From Octopus bimaculoides (Eukaryota): DNA of 47,203 bases. The position numbers and the translations under genes were made by a program. Below the pieces are notes generated by a model. It saw only the letters and a program-made list of their open reading frames with translations, made no database searches and was not told the origin of the DNA. Below are positions 11,314 through 22,559 of the stretch, one piece after another (positions within the stretch are counted from its first letter, which is position 1; each line of letters opens with the position of its first letter). The stretch covers positions 68,828,182-68,875,384 of the forward strand of contig NC_068986.1 of assembly GCF_001194135.2 (NCBI RefSeq), in the 5' to 3' direction.

Positions 11314-14300
11314 CACTGGTCAACAGCCAATTTTCATCAGGGATATTAGATGGTGTTTTATATGTAGTTTTGTCTGTGGATTTCAAAAATGTAATCGGTT
11401 TCTTTCTATCAGGCACAGTTTTTCTGTAATTTTATGTTTTCATAATCTTTTCTTTTCATAAATTTTACTTTCTGTTTAAGGTGCCAAGTCATCATCAAAT
11501 TCTACTCAGGATGTCAAGGCATTGCAAGAACAGTCCTGATATATTTTGTTATGTCTGTGGTTCATTTACCACCAAAGCTCAGCAACGTGTCATCACAAGT
11601 GAAATCAAGAAGGTCTACCAGTTATACTTTGGCTGCTCTNNNNNNNNNNNNNNNNNNNNNNNNNNNNNNNNNNNNNNNNNNNNNNNNNNNNNNNNNNNNN
11701 NNNNNNNNNNNNNNNNNNNNNNNNNNNNNNNNNNNNNNNNNNNNNNNNNNNNNNNNNNNNNNNNNNNNNNNNNNNNNNNNNNNNNNNNNNNNNNNNNNNN
11801 NNNNNNNNNNNNNNNNNNNNNNNNNNNNNNNNNNNNNNNNNNNNNNNNNNNNNNNNNNNNNNNNNNNNNNNNNNNNNNNNNNNNNNNNNNNNNNNNNNNN
11901 NNNNNNNNNNNNNNNNNNNNNNNNNNNNNNNNNNNNNNNNNNNNNNNNNNNNNNNNNNNNNNNNNNNNNNNNNNNNNNNNNNNNNNNNNNNNNNNNNNNN
12001 NNNNNNNNNNNNNNNNNNNNNNNNNNNNNNNNNNNNNNNNNNNNNNNNNNNNNNNNNNNNNNNNNNNNNNNNNNNNNNNNNNNNNNNNNNNNNNNNNNNN
12101 NNNNNNNNNNNNNNNNNNNNNNNNNNNNNNNNNNNNNNNNNNNNNNNNNNNNNNNNNNNNNNNNNNNNNNNNNNNNNNNNNNNNNNNNNNNNNNNNNNNN
12201 NNNNNNNNNNNNNNNNNNNNNNNNNNNNNNNNNNNNNNNNNNNNNNNNNNNNNNNNNNNNNNNNNNNNNNNNNNNNNNNNNNNNNNNNNNNNNNNNNNNN
12301 NNNNNNNNNNNNNNNNNNNNNNNNNNNNNNNNNNNNNNNNNNNNNNNNNNNNNNNNNNNNNNNNNNNNNNNNNNNNNNNNNNNNNNNNNNNNNNNNNNNN
12401 NNNNNNNNNNNNNNNNNNNNNNNNNNNNNNNNNNNNNNNNNNNNNNNNNNNNNNNNNNNNNNNNNNNNNNNNNNNNNNNNNNNNNNNNNNNNNNNNNNNN
12501 NNNNNNNNNNNNNNNNNNNNNNNNNNNNNNNNNNNNNNNNNNNNNNNNNNNNNNNNNAAGACAGGCCGTCGTATAAAGAAAGGAGTGTGTGTAAGTGATA
12601 CATGTATGTGTATGCGTTATATACAGCAGATAGAAAAAGAGTCAGTAACACGTGTGAGCATTTATACCAGTTCTTAGAGTACACAATAAGAAGAGTCTGT
12701 ATGTGAAAGAAGTTGAGGCGTATGAGTGTGGCAGGGCGATCACTAGTTGTGATGTTGTGGCTTCCATGCCGGGCCGGGTTCTTGTTATACAGATGTTCGT
12801 CGCTGGCTGAACTTCTTGTCTATTATTAATCGTGGTGAATATGAAACACCTAACAGAATCGAAGAGAGAATATGTGCCGCGGTTACTGTTTGGTTTATTG
12901 GTGTACATAGAAATCATGTTGATGATATTGGCGAATCTTGTCGTTCGTAGTTAAAGTCGTGTTGACTATGGTTGGCGATGATGGTGGCGAGGACGATGCT
13001 TGGTAGTAGTCGTAGACTCGTGTTGCTGATGGCGATGTCGGTGGTAGTCTTAGCTGGACGAAGTTGTGCTTGTTGTCGCTGGCTGCTGCTGCTGCTGTGT
13101 GGTACACGGAACAGGTCTCTAAGAGATCTGAACCGAGACGAATTTTGCCGCTGAATTAAAGCTATTTATAGTTGATGGTGGGCTCCCGAATAGGTATTAG
13201 AAAAGCACTATCACGTGACCTTATTAAGGGCTGTGATTGGTCAGTTTGTGTTCTGGCGGGAACGGTTCGAAGAAGTTGCCGCTTCGAATAATAATCAGTC
13301 ACGTGATTACAAGGAAATGTGTTTTCTACTACGCCCGCGCTTGTTTATATTTAACAGCGGGGAAGATGGCTTCTTTGTGTATAATGGCGATCGAAGTGTT
13401 AGTTTCACTACAGATTCATCTAAGAGAAGCCTCAAGGCAGTACTACTACACAACGGCAATAAGAAACCATCCATTCCTATAGGACATTCAGTGCACATGA
13501 AGGAGTGTTATGAAAACATGCAAGTACTCCCCAATGCCATAAAGTATACAAACTACAGCTGGAAAATCTGTGGAGACTTGAAAGTGGTTGGNNNNNNNNN
13601 NNNNNNNNNNNNNNNNNNNNNNNNNNNNNNNNNNNNNNNNNNNNNNNNNNNNNNNNNNNNNNNNNNNNNNNNNNNNNNNNNNNNNNNNNNNNNNNNNNNN
13701 NNNNNNNNNNNNNNNNNNNNNNNNNNNNNNNNNNNNNNNNNNNNNNNNNNNNNNNNNNNNNNNNNNNNNNNNNNNNNNNNNNNNNNNNNNNNNNNNNNNN
13801 NNNNNNNNNNNNNNNNNNNNNNNNNNNNNNNNNNNNNNNNNNNNNNNNNNNNNNNNNNNNNNNNNNNNNNNNNNNNNNNNNNNNNNNNNNNNNNNNNNNN
13901 NNNNNNNNNNNNNNNNNNNNNNNNNNNNNNNNNNNNNNNNNNNNNNNNNNNNNNNNNNNNNNNNNNNNNNNNNNNNNNNNNNNNNNNNNNNNNNNNNNNN
14001 NNNNNNNNNNNNNNNNNNNNNNNNNNNNNNNNNNNNNNNNNNNNNNNNNNNNNNNNNNNNNNNNNNNNNNNNNNNNNNNNNNNNNNNNNNNNNNNNNNNN
14101 NNNNNNNNNNNNNNNNNNNNNNNNNNNNNNNNNNNNNNNNNNNNNNNNNNNNNNNNNNNNNNNNNNNNNNNNNNNNNNNNNNNNNNNNNNNNNNNNNNNN
14201 NNNNNNNNNNNNNNNNNNNNNNNNNNNNNNNNNNNNNNNNNNNNNNNNNNNNNNNNNNNNNNNNNNNNNNNNNNNNNNNNNNNNNNNNNNNNNNNNNNNN

Positions 14301-14762
14301 NNNNNNNNNNNNNNNNNNNNNNNNNNNNNNNNNNNNNNNNNNNNNNNNNNNNNNNNNNNNNNNNNNNNNNNNNNNNNNNNNNNNNNNNNNNNNNNNGGAA
14401 CGTTAGCTGACTACTGTTGGATGTTATACAGGGATGAACCTGAGACAAAACACCATAGAAAGTCCAAATCCCAAAGATTTTAAGATGTTATGCATTCGAG
14501 TGTATTCTAACTTATTTGTACACAATAAATTTTAATTTTGTACAATAAAAAGCCATGAAATTATTATATATTGTATTCATTATACTTTATATAGACATGC
14601 TTTACGTATCCTATACGTTAAAACAGCAGGTATCATTAACATGAAAATGTGACCTGATAGAGGAAATTGGACTTCAGATTCGTAATCAGCATCAAAAATT
14701 AACCCAGAAAAGTCAAACAGCAACTCAGATGATTACAAAAAGTTTCATTTTGTTGACCAGTG
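11314..14762 (+). mobile_element. Chapaev3-like (CMC superfamily) DNA transposon, disrupted by an LTR and two gaps
   Basis: Perfect 12-bp TIRs CACTGGTCAACA / TGTTGACCAGTG; 3-bp flanks TTA/GTA. Transposase pieces: MSRHCKNSPDIFCYVCG (ATG 11511), DSSKRSLKAVLLHNGN..WKICGDLKVV, LADYCWMLYRD (stop 14483). Family name is from recalled motifs. Confidence 0.7.
12558..13412 (-). mobile_element. LTR inserted antisense into the Chapaev3-like transposase
   Basis: Minus strand starts TGTAGTG at 13412 and carries CCAATCACAGCCCTTAATAAGG. Shares about 180 bp with 1-178. Transposase homology resumes at 13413 (GATTCATCT = DSS). Confidence 0.6.
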
Positions 14763-14829
14763 GTATTGTTGTTAAATTTCATAGCTTAAACGTCAATAAT
14801 CTATGTTTGGTACATAAACCACTTACATA

Positions 14830-14927
14830 TGTAACGATATCGGTTATAGTCGGAGGTTACCACTTGTAACGATTAATTTTTCAAGTCGGAGTCACCATTT
14901 GTAACGATATGTGTTAGGAGTCAGAGG
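14830..14927. repeat. Three 35-bp-period repeats
   Basis: TGTAACGAT starts at 14830, 14865 and 14900, each followed by AGTC(G/A)GAG. Confidence 0.75.
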
Positions 14928-14957
14928 TAGTAATTCGTTTTTGAGTTGTCATCAAAA

Positions 14958-15300
14958 TGTAACGGGTGTTGATGTTGCAGATGTGAAAGAACAGTGGTCG
15001 AAGTTGAAGTTGACACCAAATTTTATTCACTGTTACTTTAATAAGTATAGCCACAACGACGGCGGGCTTGTACAATATAACTGAGAGTTAATTTTTCCTT
15101 ATAGAAATGTGTATAATATTCTTGTCATTGTAGCAGTAAAAAGATTGAGACAGAGCGATGTTGAAGAGAGAGTGAGAGTGAGTAGAGGGAAGTTGTATGT
15201 ACCATAGCAGCCGATTGTTTGTCCGTCAGCCTCCAACTTTTCCTTACGGGATTCTAGTATTTATAACCATGCAAGCCAGCTATAAAGAGGGGCACCACAA
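14958..15300 (-). mobile_element. Possible LTR remnant
   Basis: Minus strand has TATAAATA, a CT-rich stretch, ATTAAA/AATAAA and ends CCCGTTACA. No second copy in the window. Confidence 0.3.
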
Positions 15301-15305
15301 AAATT

Positions 15306-15597
15306 GATCTTTCTGAATTGACGGGCACCACTTGTTTTCTTAACGAAACACTTTCAGACTTGGGATACTCGTAGAATGTGTCATATAAAACATCTTTTTC
15401 TCTTAGTCTTCTTAACAAAAATTTCTACATCGCAAGTGGTTGAAATGACCGAAATACGACAATTTTTTTACATGAAATAACTTTGAATACAAAGTTTTTT
15501 ATCTGTTCTATAACACAAAATATAGTATACGAAGTTTGAAAGTGTTTCGGTACAAAAAATATAAATGAAAAGTGGTGCCCGTCAATTCAGAAAGATC
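15306..15597. mobile_element. MITE with perfect 28-bp TIRs
   Basis: GATCTTTCTGAATTGACGGGCACCACTT (15306-15333) and its exact reverse complement (15570-15597). No clear TSD. Confidence 0.8.
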
Positions 15598-16052
15598 CGA
15601 CCACTCTTCCCCCACCTCTAGCTACGCTAATGGATTAAATAATTGCTAAACAACAATTGTTAATGCTATCATTAATACCAAAAACATCTCACTTATCAAT
15701 AATTTACTATATCCAATGAGGATTGAGTCTTTAAAAAGTATCTCTTCACAAGCTTTATTCCGCCTCCCCCAGCTGCATCCTCCTCAACTACTAATGTTTT
15801 GAGAAAAAAATCAAACGAAGGATTGCCAGGCATTTGAATTGTCCTTTGTTGTTTTGTCTCTTCTCAGCACTATCAAGTTTTTAAAAATAACCAATAAAAT
15901 AAGGAAAGCACCTAACTTAGTTCACAATATTTGACAATCCTTAACAAAAGTTGCGTTTTATTAAGTATTGGTTAAATGACAAACCGCTCATTGTGAAGTT
16001 GAGCTTTCACTAAAAGAACTTGGGATTTTCTAAAACTCGCACAAAATTGAAA

Positions 16053-16253
16053 ATGAATTTCATGTATATTGTTATATTTTTCGTGCAACCTCCCATGTTT
16101 CTGTCAGCGGAGAAAACTTTAAGGGCCGCAGTTTTTGAACCGACAATATTAAGTAGAACACCTATGGGAAACGTATCACGCGACAATGCTATTGCTCAAA
16201 TGAAAATTGTCCTGAAAGGATACGCTGATGTTGCTACAAAAGCTAGTAAAGAG
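16053..16253 (+). CDS. VNN1-like: Vanin/biotinidase-family (pantetheinase-like) protein, coding exon 1
   Basis: MNFMYIVIFFVQPPMFLSA is signal-peptide-like. LRAAVFEP..VSRDNAIAQMKIVL..ATKASKE resembles the vanin N-terminus (YIAAVYEH..VSREEAL..M). Phase-0 donor GAG|GTTTGT at 16253/16254. Start could instead be ATG 16062. Confidence 0.8.
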
Positions 16254-16859
16254 GTTTGTAAATATCTTACAGAAAATATTTTACAACTGTTGTCCTTTGA
16301 TATGAATCAAACATTAATACATTTTGATAATTAGCTTCATTTTTGAATACATTATATTATAATATATTACCAAACAAGTACAACTTACATGTAAAATGCG
16401 TGCGTGTGTGCGTGTTCACGCGCGCTTGCATATATAGATATTGATATAGAAAGATGGGTCGAAGCTGATATTGTGTAACAACAAATAACAACTAACGACA
16501 TGTTTGTATGTATGTATGTACGTATGTATGTGTGTGTGTGTGTGTAAGTATGTGAGTACATGTATGTGTATGTGCGTGTTTACTACTGTCGCCCAACATG
16601 CTAGAAACAGCAGCTACGTTCCCCATATATAAATTTCATTTTCAAAAATCCATGTAAATACTGAATACACACTATTTTAAAGAAGACCTGAAGATGTGAT
16701 GGCCATGGACGGAATGCCTTTGATTATTGGTCTGATTGATAACTAGTGACAGATTCGGCTAACAATACAAAAAAATCTATCGCTCACCAGTTAGAAAGAT
16801 CAGTAAATCTGCTGTTGTTGTTTTTATGGTTGTTTTTTTTTTATTACTATTTGTCGTCA

Positions 16860-17190
16860 GGTCATCACTGTTCTTAACAAGTCGGACAATACGGTCAGTG
16901 GAAGTTCTATGGTAGCAATATGGATCTTTTCTGTTAGGCTGTCACGCACAAAATGACAGTTTCCAAATCCTGTTTTCTGGGATTTTCCCTCATTGACCCT
17001 AGTTGGAAATCCTCCTGTATCAGGACTGCATCGTCCATGTTATCACATACTTTGTATACTAAGTATAACTATATCGCATTTGACAGTCTTTTCCATTTCT
17101 TTCTCTCCATCCTTTATGTAAATTCCCACACAAATTGTTGTCTATATTTGTGATACTCCCTCATCTCTGCCCCTGTGGTTAATGAAAGAA
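16860..17190 (+). mobile_element. Non-LTR retrotransposon 3' end (second copy at about 44990-45335)
   Basis: Both copies share CCCTAGTTG..AGGACTGCATC..CATACTTT and the tail GCCCCTGTGG..AATGAAAGAA followed by a simple repeat. Confidence 0.5.
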
Positions 17191-17191
17191 T

Positions 17192-17292
17192 TTCTTCTTC
17201 TTCTTCTTCTCCTTCCCCTCCTCCTCCTCCTTCTTCTTCTTCTTCTTCTTCTTCTTCTTCTTCTTCTTCTTCTTCTTCTTCTTCTTCTTCTT
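17192..17292. repeat. (TTC)n/(TCC)n microsatellite
   Basis: Read directly from the sequence. Confidence 0.95.
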
Positions 17293-17324
17293 TTGTTCAG
17301 ATTTGTGTCAGGCCAAATCACAAC

Positions 17325-18095
17325 TGATGTCATATTCCTGGTTAGGTAACTGCAGGAGAAATATCAAGCCAAAAATAAAATCCCTGTACCTAGCTTTTGT
17401 CAACATGGAGAAAGCCTTTGATAGAGTCCCCTGATCCCTTATCTGGTGCTCAATGCAAAAGCTAGGAATTGATGAGTGGTTGGTGAGAGCTGTACAAGCC
17501 ATGTACAGGGATGTTGTCAGTAAGGTGAAGGTTAGCAACAAGTATAGCAAAGAATTCAGGGTGCAAGTAGGGGTTCATCAAGGATCAGTCCTCAGCCCCC
17601 TCTTGTTCATCATAGTTTTCCAGGCAATAACAGACGAATTTAAGATAGGCTGCACTTGGGAACTCCTCTATGCTGATGACCCTGTTCTATAACCAAATCA
17701 GTTTGTTCCAGAACTAGAGAAGAAATTCCAGGCATAAAAGCAAGGTCTAGAATCAAAGGGCCTTAGAGTTAATCTAGCAAAAAACAAAGTCTTAGTAAGT
17801 AGGAGGCATTAATAAGTGACCAAGATCTTTGGCAATATATCGTGCTTGAGAAAACCTGTGAAGCTGAGTGAGACCATAGTCATGGCCAATGCCGGTGTTT
17901 CATAAGTGGCATCTGTGCCAGTGGCCCGTAAAGACCACCCACTACAGTCATGGAGTGGTTGGTGTTAGGAAGGGTATCCAGCTGTAGAAACCATGCCAAA
18001 TCAGACTGGAACCTGGTGCAGCTCTCCAGTTTTCAGTTAAACTGTCCAAATCATGCCAACATGGAAAAAGGACATTAAATGATGATGATGATGAT
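17325..18095 (+). mobile_element. RTE-clade LINE fragment (RT domain plus 3' tail)
   Basis: LYLAFVNMEKAFDRVP, GVHQGSVLSPLLF, ELLYADD. The 3' tail ends in (GAT)n. Confidence 0.85.
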
Positions 18096-18108
18096 ATTGA
18101 AGAAAAAA

Positions 18109-18581
18109 TTTTATCGTCTCTAATTGTGACTGAGAGTTCCGATGCACCTATATTGCAAGAAATAAGAGTTAAAAACTCTTAGAGCTGTAAGAAGTGTGCA
18201 ATATATATATATATACACTGACAGAGGAGATAACCGTCCCATTAGCGTCTCTAGGATCATTAGACTAGACTAGTCCTACCTATAAGTTGTAGGCTCGTCA
18301 GTAGTGACTCCTCAAATGCTCGATGGTTTGGTTAAGTCCAGCTGTCAGTATATATATATTATTACCATAAAAATTCATGGCTGATTTAGTGAAATGCTAG
18401 TGTGTACATAAAATTTTAATATAAGCAACTAGTCACTATTGACTGAGAGGCAAAGTAGTTTAGTCAAGTGATCCTAGAGACACTCGTGGTTATCTCCCCT
18501 GTCAGTGTATTATATGTTGTGTTCTTATTTCTTGTAATATATGTGCTTCAGCATCCTTAGTCACAATTAGTGATGATAAAT
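18109..18581. mobile_element. MITE with ~150-bp imperfect TIRs
   Basis: CTAATTGTGACT..CAAGAAATAAGA..TACACTGACAG..GGAGATAACC..GTCTCTAGGATCA is mirrored at 18455-18581. Confidence 0.75.
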
Positions 18582-18632
18582 TATTTTCGTTTATGTATTA
18601 TATTGCGTCTAGCTGTTTATATATATATATTT

Positions 18633-19156
18633 ATCATCATCATCGTTTAACGTCCGCTTTCCATGCTAGCATGGGTTGGACGATTTGACTGAGGACTGGT
18701 GAAACCGGATGGCAACACCAGGCTCCAATCTAATTTGGCAGAGTTTCTACAGCTGGATGCCCTTCCTAACGCCAACCACTCAGAGAGTGTAGTGGGTGCT
18801 TTTACGTGTCACCCGCACGAAGGCCAGTCAGGCAGTACTGGCAACAGCCACGCTCAAAATGGTACATTTTATGTGCCACCCGCACAAGAGCCAGTCCAGG
18901 GGCACTGGCAACGATCTTGCTCGAAAATCCTACGAAGGTCAGTCAGGCGGTACTGGCAACAGTAACGCTCAAAATGGTGTATTTTATGTGCCACTCGCAC
19001 AAGAGCCAGTCCAGGGGCACTGGCAACGATCTCGCTCGAAAATCCTACGAAGGCCAGTCAGGCGGTACTGGCAACGGTAACGTTCAAAATGGTGTATTTT
19101 ATGTGCCACCCGCACAAGAGCCAGTCCAGGGGCAGTACTGGCAATGGCCACGCTCG
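18633..19156 (-). mobile_element. RTE-type 3' tail element with an internal 115-bp tandem array
   Basis: (ATC)n followed by GTTTAACGTCCGCTTTCCATGCTAGCATGGG. Units start at 18821, 18936 and 19051. Confidence 0.85.
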
Positions 19157-19166
19157 TATATATATA

Positions 19167-20432
19167 TTGGGTCATCCCATAAATATTGCGTTTATTTCAA
19201 TTGCATGAACTAAAAGGTGGAGGGGGACAGGATAAGCTACCTGCATCTATTTGCTATAAAAGCATGTAGTAATTTAACCTTGTGCTTATTCTTAGTGCAA
19301 GTTCTGAAGAGTGTAGTTCAATTTTAACAGTTATTTTTTCAAAGCTATAATGGAAGTGATAAAGGAGCATATTTGGCATATTTTGTTTTATGAGTTCAAT
19401 AAAGGCAACACTCCAATGGAAAGTGCGAGGAATATTAATGCAGCATATGGGGATCGGACAATAAGCATAAGCCAATGTCAACGGTGGTTCCAGAAATTCT
19501 GAGCTGGAAACTACAGCCTAGAAGACAAGCTTTGTCCTAGAAGATTTGTAGAGCTCAATGAGTATGTCCTGCGAACCCTGGTGGAACAAAATTCCATTGT
19601 AACTGTTTAGGAACTAGCAGAGAAGCTTGGATTTGGTCATTCAACCATTCATCGACACTTGCATGCCATCAGAAAAGTCAGCAAATTGGATTAGTGGGTT
19701 CCTCACAAATTTTCCAAGTCTAATCGCGTGCAGAGAGTGAATATGTGCTTCTTTGCTGTCATGTCTCACAAATAAACTTTTTTTTGACCGAATAGTGACT
19801 GGTGACAAGAAATGGGTTCTCCATAAAAATATCAAGCACCGAAGACGGTGGATAGGGAAAGAAGAAACACTGGTACCCCAGGCTAAAGAAGGTCTTCACC
19901 CATGTAAGGTGTTGTTATCTATTTGGTGGGATATGAAAGGTTTAGTTCACTTTGAACATTTAAGCCCAAACCAAATGATAACAAAGGAGATCTACTCTAA
20001 GCAGCTTGAGTGGCTTAAGTCAGCACTAGAAGAAAAACGATCACCTTTGGTTTCAAGATGAAAGGTGTTGTTCCATCAGGATAATGCTCGGCCACATACG
20101 AGGATGACATTCCAATGGCTGGAGCAGTTTGGATGGTAAACGATGCCCCACTCACCATTTTCGCTGGACATTGCCCCATCTGATTATCATTTATTCCATA
20201 GTCTTCAAAATCATTTGGACGGAAAAAATATGAATTCTGTAGACAAGGTCAGAACAGTACTAGAAGAATATATTTTGTTACGGACGAGTGAATTTTGCAA
20301 GTCTTCCAGATAGATGGAAGAGCATTGTAGAAAATGAAGGAAAGTATATTTTAGATTAAAAGAGAACTTTGTTTATCTTAATTTTGAAAAACAGAAGTAT
20401 AAAAATATCGCATTATCTATAGGATGACCCAA
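19167..20432 (+). mobile_element. Full-length degenerate mariner (DD34D) element
   Basis: TIRs TTGGGTCATCC / GGATGACCCAA with TA on both sides; 1266 bp. Motifs IVTGDKKWV, KVLLSIWWD, HQDNARPH, DIAPSDYHLF, with stops and frameshifts. Confidence 0.9.
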
Positions 20433-20554
20433 TATATACAAATATATACAAGTATGTTTATATAAATATATATGCACATGTATACATATATATTTGTATA
20501 TATGTGCATATGAACATATAAATGTGTACATATATGCATACATATACATGTGTG

Positions 20555-20848
20555 TGTGTGTTTAACCTTGGGTTGACCAAAAACCTGTGAGTTTGGTAGA
20601 TGGAAACAGAAAGAAACCCATCATATATGTCTGTATATCCATATGTGTTTCTCTGTATTTGTGTCTGTCTTTCACCACTGCTTGACAGAGATGGTTTGTT
20701 TATTTTCCCATAACTTAGCAGTTTGGCAAGAGAGACCAACAGAATGAGTACCTGACTTTAAAAAAATAACATACTGAAGTTGGTTTCTTCAACTAAGCCC
20801 TTCCCTGTGGTGCCCCAGTATAGCAGCAGTCCAATAACTGAAACAAGT
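20555..20848 (+). mobile_element. SINE family A, 3' portion; tail split by the foldback element
   Basis: GAGTTTGGTAGATGGAAAC..GCCCCAG..ACTGAAACAAGT; the AAAAGA tail resumes after 22258. Confidence 0.65.
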
Positions 20849-22254
20849 TGTAGCAAGTCATAAAAGGTGGCAATATGACATAATAGTTATTTGCCCAAAC
20901 AAGCATAATTGTTGGTAATTCCATTGGTTAAAATGACTGCCCATATTTGAGTTCTAAACTTTCGTCAAAGAGAATTCTTTCACAAAATACGGTTCTTAGA
21001 ATTCAGGTATGAGCAGTTATAAAAACCCTGATTTTGGTAAAATTAATCAGTGTTCGTAGGATGTTACTAAACCCCACGACATTCACTCCTTGAGATATTG
21101 GCTATTTTTTATGCCATGTCTATGATAAAAATCCAACAACACTTATTTGAATTGTTGTGAACTCACTCTAGTTAGTATGAAAGATTAGCTAGTGTGAATT
21201 TTAAGTCGTAATTCTCTACTACAAAATGACTTTATTTTCCAATTGTTCTATAAATGCTAAATGTACATAAATAAACTAATGTAGTAATTATTTTCTCTTT
21301 CTTCATGTTCTTCAACTTGTAAATGAAATTTATTTCTGCAATTAGGAAACTGTGTATTTTTTTATAGTGGTTAAAAGAGCACGAATTTATTTATCTTCAA
21401 CATACATGCATGCATAAATTGTCCATTAGCGTTTCAGAGTATATATTTCTCACTATGGTGTTTATGTAGCTGGAGTCAGGATTTATGTATAATGATAACA
21501 CTTATAAGTAAGTTATAAGTGACATATTTATCAATATATATTCCTACTTCAAAAGTAAAATATATTTATTATCTATTTCCAAATAGGAAACATATACAAG
21601 TAGTGTTACACAAACAGTAACAAAACGCGACTATAAAAAGTGGTGACCCCCCAATGTGATCTCATAGATAAACCACCGCATCATAAAAGTATAGACACTT
21701 GTGAAAAATATATAAAATTTTTAATAGAAAATAGATGAGTTTTATTACACAAAATTTTATTAACAGAAATATTTGATATTAAAAGTTGAAGGAAAAAGAA
21801 TGTTAAGAAAGAGAAAATAATTACTACATTATTTATGTACATTTAGCATTTATAGTACAATTGGAAAGTAAAGTCATTTTGTCGTAGAGAATTACGACTT
21901 AAAATTCACTCTAGCTAATCTTTCATACTAACTACTAGAGTTCGCAACAATTCAGATAAGTCTTGTTGGATTTTTATCATAGACATGGCATAAAAAAATA
22001 GTCAATATCTCAAGGAGTGAGTGTTGTGGAGTTTAGTAACATCCTATGATCACTGAGTAATTTCCCCCAAATCAGGGTTTTTATAACTGCTCATATCCGA
22101 ATTCTAAGAACCGTATTTTGTGAAAGAATTCTCTTTGACAAAAGTTTAGAATTCAAATATGGGCAGTAATTTTAACCAATGGAATTACCAACAATTATGC
22201 TTGTTCAGGCAAACAACCATTATGTCAGATTGTCGCCTTTTATGACTTGCTACA
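20849..22254. mobile_element. Non-autonomous foldback element with ~470-bp TIRs (Ginger-like termini)
   Basis: TGTAGCAAGTCATAAAAGG / CCTTTTATGACTTGCTACA ends; exact 4-bp TSD AAGT (20845-20848, 22255-22258). Arms about 20849-21320 and 21783-22254. Confidence 0.85.
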
Positions 22255-22559
22255 AAGTAAAAGATTAGAAAGTGAAAAAGGTATATATACATACACACAT
22301 GCATGTGCGCACACACACACACATGTATATTGCCTTCCCAGCAAGCAATCAGGCCTTGCATGACAAGCGGGGGGGGGGGGGGCACTTCCCACTGTACACA
22401 CGTATGTATATATAGATATATAAGTGTGTATACATACATATAACAACCTGGGTATGTCTTTCACTAGAAGAACTGGAACCAGACACCACCTGTTGAAGGA
22501 GCATTTTGTTTACAAAAATTACACAACAGATCAAGATATGAACTTAAGAACAGATAACT

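Noticed and set aside
16020-16334. ORF-track starts at 16020 (TTG) and 26207 (GTG) as separate genes
   Set aside because: Splice signals and vanin homology show they are two exons of one gene; the true start is more likely ATG 16053.
16688-16720. Second hammerhead-like CTGAAGA motif
   Set aside because: No convincing stem II, GAAA or stem I pairing could be built.
17142-17333. Poly-Arg ORF
   Set aside because: It is the translation of the (TTC)n microsatellite.
18821-19156. CRISPR-like appearance of regularly spaced palindromic repeats
   Set aside because: The spacers are themselves repeated, the context is a eukaryotic LINE tail, and there are no cas genes.
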